This document shows positions 10,422-19,023 of a stretch of DNA of 64,000 nucleotides, one piece after another. Where the stretch lies: contig CALKCF010000002.1 in assembly GCA_938083505.1 (NCBI GenBank), positions 128,001 through 192,000 of the forward strand. The letters are read 5' to 3'. The DNA is from an uncultured archaeon (GTDB taxonomy: Archaea > Thermoproteota > Nitrososphaeria_A > Caldarchaeales > Wolframiiraptoraceae). The notes under the pieces are model-generated. The model saw only the letters and a program-made list of their open reading frames with translations. It was not told the DNA's origin and searched no databases. Each line of letters begins with the position of its first letter. Positions within the stretch are counted from its first letter, which is position 1. Both the position numbers and the translations under genes were made by a program.

Positions 10422-11037
10422 TTATCCTAGGTTCATTAACGGATCTATCGAAGGTGGGAGGATACGCTCGACAGTCAGCATCGCACCGACTGCGGGCTTT
10501 ATCTCTATGATGAACTTATTGTTCGTTCCAATCCTAACGTCCTCTAGACCGCCATAAAGTGCGTCTAGCTTGAATAGTTATTTGCCACGTTTCACCATAC
10601 TCTAGCAAAACGTCACGATCGCCCCTTACTTCACTGACTAACAAGTTGGTGCCATTGACTAACCGTGCAAGATGAATATGTGGGTCCCATATAACTTACT
10701 GTGAGTGTTTTGTCGCTCATCTCTATAGGTTCTTTTCCAGGACCGGTTTTATGTAATATTGTTAGTTATATATTAGATACGTACCGACTGTTGCCCGATT
10801 CTTAGGATCTTGCTATGACTCCGCCGCTCAACTCTATCGCAGATGTAACCTCGCTAAGACCTGCCCTTATGACTTCTGAACTCTTCTGGATCGTTGTAAA
10901 GCCGAGGTTCAGCACAGCAAATGCAAAGGCAGCGGCAACAACTACAAAGGCTATCAGTATAATGGCAGTCTCCGAGCCCGTTAAACCCCTGTTTCGCACA
11001 CGGTTTTTTTGTATTGAAATATTTTCACGTTCATCAT
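10422..11037 (-). pseudogene. flaB: Archaellin (ArlB/FlaB) pseudogene
   Basis: Class III signal [22 protein letters not shown]; premature TAA at 10802-10804; shifted fragments KTGPGKEPIEMS, GDRDVLLEYGETW, FIIEIKPAVGAMLTVERILPPSIDPLMNLG*. Confidence 0.9.
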
Positions 11038-11419
11038 TATTAATAATACAAAAATCAGACTTGAGGTGAACAGGTTAATGACACAAAAAACAAAAGCCCC
11101 GGATTCGGGGAAGTTTTAGAGTGGCGTGCTTTACTTTATATAAGCAGAATACTAGCAAAGCTGTTCGGTAACCTGACATGTAACACAATATTCTTCAAAC
11201 TTGGGGTTGCTGAAGGGTGCAGAATCACCGATTTACTCTTACAAAAACTCAACTTGCCTACCACTGAAGACGGATTAGACCTCCACATGGTTTTCAAAGA
11301 GTTATCAAAATTTCTAATTGAGAACAATTATGTTGAAAGATTTTGATTTTTTGAGTCCGAGGTCCTAGGCGGTAACTTTAAGGAATACCATGTACGTGTT
11401 AGTAACAACACCGTCTTAT

Positions 11420-11960
11420 CTACACTTGAAAAAGAATCAAGACACTAGAGGAGGAAGTCCAAAAAACGAAGGAACCTCTAGAAAATACTTTGATGGATGT
11501 TAGAGGTTTGATAAATGAGTTAGAAAATCCGTTTGAGTACGTCACAAAACTCATTAGCACGTTTCCCATAAAGGAGTTAAAGTCTGCTAATGAGATTAAT
11601 AAAACTGTCTCAAGTTGAACGCACCATAGAAGGGACAACACAGTCATACATGCCAGCTGGACGTTGTTCTTTAGGTTAGGTTTAACAAAATTTCTTAACG
11701 TTTTAGCACTTACAAGTCTAATGGTGAAACTCATAGGATATGATCGACTGTTAAGCATGCTCAGCTCTACGTTGTGGAGGTCATTAATACCATCTGATAC
11801 GATAGTTCAAATAATAGAATTTCTGGAGATTATCAAGAAGTTCGAGAATAAAGTACAAAACCCGAATTCTTAAAAACACTAACAATTGAGGATTGTTTGA
11901 TATCCATATATCTTCTAAACAAGTTAGTGGGAGGGGGCACTGATCTACTTTTCATTCTTT
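11420..11960 (+). pseudogene. Degraded archaellum accessory gene (ArlC/D/E-like)
   Basis: Fragments RIKTLEEEVQKTKEPLENTLMDVRGLINELENPF and LMVKLIGYDRLLSML, separated by stops; lies just before flaG. Confidence 0.5.
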
Positions 11961-12022
11961 TGCTACTTATCATTAACAGACTTCAATCCGATAACACATT
12001 GAATAGAAAGTGGTGATGCGGC

Positions 12023-12517
12023 GTAGTTTCGACATCGTTCATCAGCGAGGCGATAATAATGATTGCCGCGATCGTAGCCACTTCTGTGTTTGCAACCACA
12101 TTCATATCTGGCATATATACGGTATCCGATGCAAATAAATTTGCGATTAGCCGTGTGGAGCATGAACTTAAGACCGAAGTTAAAATTATCTTTGCCACCC
12201 CAGTTAGCGACAAGGTAATTAAAGTTTAGTTAAAGAATGTCGACCAATCTGCCATATCTTCAGAACTAATAGGATTATCAGACATATTCTTCGGCCCCAA
12301 AGTATCTTTTCAGCACATACCTTACGGAGGTGCGAATCTGCCAAGATGATATTATGAAATCATAAATGACGCTGATGACGATGGTAAATGGGACCCTACT
12401 GAAACAATTGAGGTAACGATAGGGTGGCCATCCAATCTGCAAAGCGAAGATTACTTCCTTAGGTTCGCTACCTACACAGGTCAGTACGCGGACTTCATGT
12501 TCTCTATAGTGAGGTGA
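12023..12517 (+). pseudogene. flaG: Archaellum stator ArlG/FlaG pseudogene
   Basis: One frame: SFISEAIIMIAAIVAT...KV*LKNV...SDIFFGP...PR*YYEII...GKWDPTETIEV; TAG 12227 and TGA 12347 where Trp is expected; no valid start after GGTGA. Confidence 0.85.
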
Positions 12518-12522
12518 TCATA

Positions 12523-13083
12523 TTGGGCAGTTTTGGTATGTTAATTACGGCATGCATTTTGATGATAATCATTTTGCTGATTTTTGGTCAGTGGACATAT
12601 ATGATACAAACTAGAGATTAAAATATACAACGAGGGGTTGGAAGTCTTAGACACAGAATATCATTAGAAAGGACGGACATAAGAATATTTGATATAACAC
12701 CTCAAAGCAATACGACAATTTATGTTAAAGTTAAGAATATAGGTTCATATTCTATACCTGTTACTCAATTTGACAGAATGGAAATTTTTGTCATTGGTAC
12801 ATTAGTGAACCACGCATCCCTGACTATCATAAGAGTGCCGTTTGATCGGCTGTCAATTGGAGAAGAAGAATGGCGGGTGATGGTAGTCTCAACTAATGGT
12901 GTTATGGGTGAGGTGCTGAATCCAATAGAGCCAACCCATGCTTCAAGCGGCAGATGGGACCCATTAGAAGAGTTGGTTATCATAATCACTCTAAGTGATA
13001 AACATACGCTCAATTTGACGTAGCCAGTTAGCATAATACTTGTAGCACCAAACGGCGCATCTATAGCAGAGGTAGGAGTTTAA
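12523..13083 (+). pseudogene. flaF: Archaellum stator ArlF/FlaF pseudogene
   Basis: TTG after GAGGTGA, N-terminal TM, VKNIGS, LNP...GRWDPLEE, VAPNG; early stop/frameshift and TAG at 13021. Confidence 0.8.
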
Positions 13084-13085
13084 AG

Positions 13086-13815
13086 TTGAGTAAGAAGTTT
13101 GTAAAAAGTGCATCCAAAAAAGAATTCACATCGTCCAACATAGAGCTGGATAGAAGAATGGGACTAATAAAGGTACCATCCATTATCCTCATAAGAAGGG
13201 CCTAATGATTCCGGCAAGAGCGTATTATCCCAGCAGTATGTTTACGGAGCTTTACAAAGCGGATTTAGAGTTTACCACGTCGCAACAGAAAGTGGTTATA
13301 GACAATTGATTAAAAATATGGAAAATCTCTTGTTTGACGTTAAGTATTATTTCCTTAACGGTGACTTGAAAGTAGCTGAGCTTCATGTAAAAGAGCTAGA
13401 ATGGAAAAGAGATTTGGCGAAAAATTTTTGGATTTTGATTATAAACCTTATTAAAAATAATCTAACGTTCGACGTCTTTGTTATAGATTCACTTACCTAC
13501 ATAGCCACATATGCATCAGAAGAGGACATACTAAGCTTTTTCACAGACGTGAGGAATCTGATTGAGGAAGAAAACAGGACTCTTATAATAACAGTCCATA
13601 CGCATGCATTCACCCAAGAAATGATGTTAAGGATCCGCTCTATTTGTGATGTACATTTTTTGCTTTCAATAAAAGAAATAGGTGACAGAATGGTTAGAAT
13701 ATTGCAAACACCAAAAATTAAGGGTGCAATAAAATTTACATCAGTTATCCTGAGCTTTGATGTGGATACAGCCTTCGGTATTAAGGTGTTACCGTTCTCC
13801 CAAGCGAGGGCATGA
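13086..13815 (+). pseudogene. flaH: Archaellum RecA-like ATPase ArlH/FlaH with +1 frameshift before Walker A
   Basis: ELDRRMG..IILI / extra A at 13194 / EGPNDSGKSVLSQQ; VIDSLT; RIRSICD; FDVDTAFGIKVLPFSQA. Confidence 0.9.
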
Positions 13816-13821
13816 ATATTG

Positions 13822-14325
13822 ATGGTCCATGAGCAGAAAGAAAAACAACTGAACAAAAGTCTCGCAGAAGCCGTTAAAGTAAACCCTCATCTAGCGAAAT
13901 ACTTAGCAAGTCTGCGTAACAAAGGGCTCGATCAGCCGGCGTATTACGTGTAACTTTCAAGAGATATGAGATACTTAGAGAACGTAAACATTACTTATCC
14001 AGTTGGAGACTCGATATTCATTCATGTTTACGAGCGAGCTAAAGGTGATAGATTATATTACCAAGTAATCGAGCCGACTGTGCCGAAAGAACTTAGTGGA
14101 TTGTTGAAAGAGATCGATAAAGCCCTAGCGGCATTAATAGGCAATGAGGAAGTTTGGGACAGTGAGTCTGAAAAAGAAAGGATCCTGTTATCAAAGATTA
14201 AATCCCTAGTGGTTATAGATTAAAGTCTTCCAACATGGAACTACAAGGTCTTGAAAAAATCTGGCATTCCAGTCAAGATAAGGATGAGTGAGGAAACCTT
14301 ATCAGCCCTAAAATACCAGCTGATT
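13822..14325 (+). pseudogene. flaI: 5' fragment of archaellum ATPase ArlI/FlaI (ATPase domain deleted)
   Basis: NPHLAKYL, NITYPVGDSIFIHV, YQVIEP; TAA at 13951 and 14221; no Walker A follows. Confidence 0.85.
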
Positions 14326-15494
14326 CTTCACGCGGAGTTTGATAGGTATATGGATAGGCTCAAAAGGTTTTCCGAGACCTATTCTGCACTTTTGACTTCC
14401 TTTGCATTTTTATCTGTTTCAATGTTATTAACCTCAATGATATACGGCGGTGTAAGACCTGAACAAATTCTAATAACTTCTGCTGTCATGATGTTAGTAA
14501 CACTAGCCTGCATCATTTTCTTACTATACAGAAATTCGATAAAATTTCCAGCTCTACACTCTTTAAAAGAGAGACCGAACAATATGGCAAGAATCGAGAA
14601 ATTAATACTACCTACACTTATCGGGAGTATTTTAATAACAACCATAATCGGCGTAGTTCCGGTTTATTTCGCTTTACCTGATCCCATATCTTTACTATAT
14701 TCCTGTTCCTCTTCCTTTCTTTGTTGGATCTATTGCTCCCATTTTCGTTGGACTATTAGGTAAAAGAGCAGTGTCTCGAGTAAAAGAAATGGATGTGACT
14801 TTCTTATCCTTCATTAAAGCTCTTGCAGATTCATTATCAGTAACTAGTTCCCTAAAGCTAGCACTAAAGCCAGTATTACTGAACGATTATGGCAAGCTTA
14901 CAGAACTCATAAAGAAAATGATGAATAGGCTTAAGGCCGGATTTGATGCTGGCGTATGTTTATACCTTTTTGGTGTTGAAAGTGGCAGCAAGATCATCGC
15001 TTCATGCTCTTCTGTATTAGGCGAGTGTATAAAGTCCGGCGCTAAGGCGAGCGTCTATGGTAAGGTATTGGGCGATTATATAAACTCTGTCCTAATAAGA
15101 AGAAACAAGCGCGCCCAAGTCGCTGGTAACCTAAAGTGGATCATTATACCCCTACAGGCAACATTGAGCAGCGTTCTAGCACTCATTAAAGCCCTAACTT
15201 GAATCTTTAGGAAACTTATGCAAATGGTCTCTCACCATACGTTTCTATAATACAGGTTCCACTTGAACTTACGGTAAACATATACTTCTTCTCAGTAATA
15301 CTTGCCGTTACTATCAGTAGTAGCCTCACAATATACTTCGTTGAGGGAGAGTCGCGCTTTACGCTACTTACGTACATTGGTCTGCTTATGATAATCTCAG
15401 CAGCATCGTTCTTGATGGTATAGTTCTCCGTCGGGTCACTTTTCCGTACGATGTTTAATATAGAAGAGTTGAGCAATCTTGTAAGATGGGTTAG
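14326..15494 (+). pseudogene. flaJ: 3' portion of archaellum platform ArlJ/FlaJ, frameshifted
   Basis: YMDRLKRFSETYSALL, D..FLSFIKAL, DYGKL, FGVESGS, RRNKRAQVAGNL..IIIPLQ; stops at 14761, 15200, 15421. Confidence 0.85.
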
Positions 15495-16089
15495 ATGCAG
15501 GATTTATCTGATATCGAGTTGATGTTTGCACTTTTTGTTTTTTAGTAATATTTTACATTACATTATGTGTAGTCTTATTATATGTAAAGATCAGGACACC
15601 TAAGGCATTGTCCAACACCCCAAGACACGTTCTGGCAGGATATACATCCAGCCAAGCCGAGCATGTCAGATATGACGAATCTCATTACCATAATACTCTT
15701 AAAAATGAGGGCAGGGCCATAGTGCAGACAATACAAACATCGTATCAGCAAAAGCTGTTTTAAACTCTGAGCCTTCTTTACAGTCACAGCAACCTCAATT
15801 AACTAAGAGCGAAAGTGTCATTAACCTTAACGAAGGTTCAGATGAAGTTGAAAAGTTCATGGAATTAATAGAAAGTTCGGTGAAGAATTTACAAATAAGT
15901 AAAGGAGTCAGAGGTGCGTCAGACGAAGGTGTAGACGTCACAAGCCAAGATCAGGTTAAAATCTTATTAGATAATTATGGTAGATCAGATCACCAAGGCA
16001 TCTCCGAAGACTTTGTTAAGAACCTAAAATATCTAAAAGATGCGATCGATGAACTTAAGAGACGCACAACCAATGACACTATTTCTTAA
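15495..16089 (+). pseudogene. Degraded membrane-anchored helical protein at end of archaellum cluster (ArlX-like candidate)
   Basis: ATG 15495, TM segment split by frameshift in T-run (MFALFVF / LVIFYITLCVVLLYVK); helical C-terminal ORF 15859-16089. Confidence 0.35.
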
Positions 16090-16132
16090 ACATAATAATT
16101 TAAATAGAAGAGCATTAAATTAATTTATTGAA

Positions 16133-17506
16133 ATGGTAACACTAACCACATCAGGCTCTGTTTTGAGTTACACCCCAAGTTTTGAACTTTTAAATAGGTG
16201 GGTAATCGAAAAGCAAATTTGTTGTTATTGTGGCACATGTGCAGGTGTATGCCCCAGGATAGTATTGAATGGAAAAGTTCCAAGACTCATAGATTACTGT
16301 TCCGAGTGTGGAAATTGTTATAAATACTGTCCCCAGACCTACACACCTGTTAATGAATTTGAGAGAAAAATATTCCCTGGCACAAATAAGGAAGAATATT
16401 TAGGATACTACGAAAAATGCATATTTGCACAAAGTACCGATAAAAGCATACTTTCCGTAGCGCAAAACGGAGGTTTAGTGAGTGCATTATTAATTCATGC
16501 ATTGGAGACCGGGCTAATAGATGGCGCCATTCTGACAATAACTGACAAAAATTGGATGCCTAAGCCCATGCTTGCTAGAACCCCTGAAGAAATAAAGAGG
16601 GCGGCTGGCTCAAAATATGTTATGTCCCCAAATATGTTGATTTATCGCGAAGTAATTAATGATCCGACGATTAAAAAGGTCGCTGTCGTAGGACTTCCAT
16701 GCCAAATTAGGGCTGCAAGGAAGTTACAAATGGAGCCTATAATCCCTGTTGAGAATGGAAAGATCGAGTTTATAATCGGATTATTCTGCCACAGGAATTT
16801 TTCCTATGAGGGTCTATTGGAGACGGTTAAAAAGATTCTAAACATCGATCTCTACGAGGTAAAGAAGTTCGATATACGGAAGGGAAAGTTCACGATCCTC
16901 ACCCAGGAGGGTAAACAAGTAGAGTTACCTGTAAAAGAGCTCAGCAAACATTCTTGGTCGTCGTGCGCTTCCTGTACTGACTTCACGGGAAGGTTGGCGG
17001 ATATATCTGTCGGCAATGTTGGCATCATAGACGTCGATTGGAGCTTGGCTATAGTCAGGTCTAAGAAAGCCATGGAGCTCCTAGATAGTGCAGTGAAAGC
17101 TGGAAAGCTGAGAATAGCCGAGGGTAAAGATGCTATAGAAGTAATATTAAAAGAGGCACAAAAGAAGGCAGAGAGGCGGGAAAAGGTTAGTGAGCTACTG
17201 TACCAATACTTCTCTGAGCTTGGCATACCTTCAGACGAGGTGCGTGCATACTTTACTCTGCTGACACTAGGAGGTGCCAGTTCTGAAGAGCTCTCAAAAG
17301 CACTCAACATTGGTGGGGCAGAATTAGATGCAATTCTTGCGAGGCTCTGTGAAAAAGGATGGACAGTTAAGCATGAAGACCGTTATATACCTACTAGACC
17401 GTCTCTCGTTCTACGAATTGAAGTGACAAAGTTCCACAATTTAATCAAGAAGGTTTTAGAGAAAGAGTCTGAGTTGGAGGGCATATACGCAAGGAAGTTT
17501 GGCTAG
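16133..17506 (+). CDS. FrhB/FdhB-family (F420 hydrogenase beta-like) protein with N-terminal 2x[4Fe-4S] and C-terminal TrmB-like winged HTH
   Basis: CCYCGTCAGVCP/CSECGNCYKYCP; AQNGG, AAGSKY, VGLPCQ, IGLFC, CASCTDF..LADISVG; tail LGIPSDEVRAYFTLL..GGASSEELSKAL..LARLCEKGW. Confidence 0.85.
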   Translation: MVTLTTSGSVLSYTPSFELLNRWVIEKQICCYCGTCAGVCPRIVLNGKVPRLIDYCSECGNCYKYCPQTYTPVNEFERKIFPGTNKEEYLGYYEKCIFAQSTDKSILSVAQNGGLVSALLIHALETGLIDGAILTITDKNWMPKPMLARTPEEIKRAAGSKYVMSPNMLIYREVINDPTIKKVAVVGLPCQIRAARKLQMEPIIPVENGKIEFIIGLFCHRNFSYEGLLETVKKILNIDLYEVKKFDIRKGKFTILTQEGKQVELPVKELSKHSWSSCASCTDFTGRLADISVGNVGIIDVDWSLAIVRSKKAMELLDSAVKAGKLRIAEGKDAIEVILKEAQKKAERREKVSELLYQYFSELGIPSDEVRAYFTLLTLGGASSEELSKALNIGGAELDAILARLCEKGWTVKHEDRYIPTRPSLVLRIEVTKFHNLIKKVLEKESELEGIYARKFG

Positions 17507-17684
17507 TCGCATCTACGCTATTTTTCATTGTTGAACGTCGCTTGCTCACATTATCAACTATTCCGTAATTGGTAGAGAATATAGAATATACTACGACATA
17601 ATAAGGTTCACGCGCAGACTCTTCCATCAGCATCCTTAATGATATTAATAACTACCTCAACCCGGCCCCGGGTTCAAAAAATCT

Positions 17685-17791
17685 TGGCGCCCTTCGGCGG
17701 GTGGGGTTTTCAACCCTCCCATGGCCGGGATTTGAACCCGGGTCCGGCGGGCGACAGCCGCCGATACTAGACCGGACTATACTACCAGGGC
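17685..17791 (-). tRNA. tRNA-Asp(GTC) with 29-nt BHB intron (17693-17721) at 68/69 in the 3' acceptor strand; CCA encoded
   Basis: GCCCTGG...CT GTC GC...CCGGG TTCAAAT CCCGG CCA|intron|GGGCG CCA; removal restores 7-bp acceptor stem. Confidence 0.9.
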
Positions 17792-17895
17792 TCCATCTGA
17801 ATATGGTAAAAAGAACCTCTATAAAGCAATTCTTAAAGTTTTCTAGAAAATTAAGGTAGCAAGGATTTTATCCCAGCATAAAAGGTTTTGGCTAC

Positions 17896-18432
17896 ATGGA
17901 GCCAAGGGAGCTTTTAGGTATAATAAAGGGAAGGAGATCTGTGAGAAGGTTCTTGGAGAAGAGGATTCCTGACGAGTGTCTGAAGCTCATAATGGAGGCG
18001 GGCATATGGGCTCCAAGCGGGAGCAACATACAGCCATGGCAGTTCATTCTCGTAAGAGACCCCATATTGATAAAGAAGATAAAGCTCATATCTCCAGGCC
18101 TATTTGGTAACCCTGATGCACTGATCGTAGCGTGTGTGGACAAGAATAGGTACGAGAAGGCTGGTAAGATAGGCTACACGCTGTCGCTCATGGACATATC
18201 CATGGCAACCCAGAACATGATGCTAATGGCGTACAGCCTCGGCATAGGGTCATGTCCGATAGCATCTTTCAACAAGCTAGCCGTGAGTGAAATTCTCGAG
18301 CTCCCGGATAGCTTTGAACCTGTCTTGATGATCAGTTTAGGGTATCCTGAAGAGTGGCCTCGTCCTCCAGAAAGGAGGCCTCTTAGTGAGGTGGTTTATG
18401 TAGATGGTTATGGAAAGCATTATAGAGGATGA
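17896..18432 (+). CDS. Nitroreductase family protein
   Basis: RRSVRRF, APSGSNIQPW, QNMMLMAYSLGIGSC. Confidence 0.92.
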   Translation: MEPRELLGIIKGRRSVRRFLEKRIPDECLKLIMEAGIWAPSGSNIQPWQFILVRDPILIKKIKLISPGLFGNPDALIVACVDKNRYEKAGKIGYTLSLMDISMATQNMMLMAYSLGIGSCPIASFNKLAVSEILELPDSFEPVLMISLGYPEEWPRPPERRPLSEVVYVDGYGKHYRG

Positions 18433-18709
18433 GCACTTCAAGCTCCTAACTTTTCTCATAGTTAGTGCAAGAGGTTGTGTTGATGAACCTTCGCTCTATG
18501 GACCGCTCAGGCTAATAGATGCTGCAGAGAGGTTAATAGGCCTGATGGACAAAATGGGAAAAGCTGACAAAAGGTTAATAGAAATAATGGAAACCATACG
18601 TGAAAGAAAGTTCAGCGTCATGAGTAATGAGGCGGAGTTTATCAAGTTGTTGGACGAACTTGTCTTAAGAATTTCAAGAATAATTAAAGAAACACAACTT
18701 ACAAGGTGA
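18410..18709 (+). CDS. Small helical protein (DUF6092-like)
   Basis: VSARGCVDEPSLYGPLRLIDAAERL motif. Confidence 0.7.
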   Translation: MESIIEDEHFKLLTFLIVSARGCVDEPSLYGPLRLIDAAERLIGLMDKMGKADKRLIEIMETIRERKFSVMSNEAEFIKLLDELVLRISRIIKETQLTR

Positions 18710-18844
18710 TCTCATCCCTACTAATCTCGAAAAACCTATCGTAGCATTTGCTCAGGGTTGAAAGTTCTTTTTAAAAACCTCTAATCTTTGTGAACTAACC
18801 TTCAGCGGACTTAAAAGGGTATCAGACATAAAAATGAAATTATA

Positions 18845-18919
18845 TAGCGGGGGATGGATTTGAACCATCGATCTCCGGGTTATGAGCCCGGCGGGTTATC
18901 CTGGCTACCCTACCCCGCT
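18845..18919 (-). tRNA. Initiator tRNA-Met(CAT), CCA not encoded
   Basis: AGCGGGG start (A1-U72), three G-C pairs in anticodon stem, CT CAT AA loop. Confidence 0.95.
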
Positions 18920-19023
18920 TCGGCACTAAGAATAACTTCGCCTAAATAAATACGTTAACGCACTAACTTTATATTTAATAATAAATAATATTTATTAATG
19001 TAAAAAAGACATTAATTAAAATC

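Noticed and set aside
10422-15494. Stop-codon reassignment explaining interrupted archaellum genes
   Set aside because: TAA, TAG and TGA all occur alongside frameshifts and a deletion, and housekeeping genes use these stops normally
17520-17680. T-arm-like copy downstream of tRNA-Asp as an att site or integrase remnant
   Set aside because: The copy is inverted rather than direct, and no recognisable integrase follows; the LRMLMEESAR peptide is too weak
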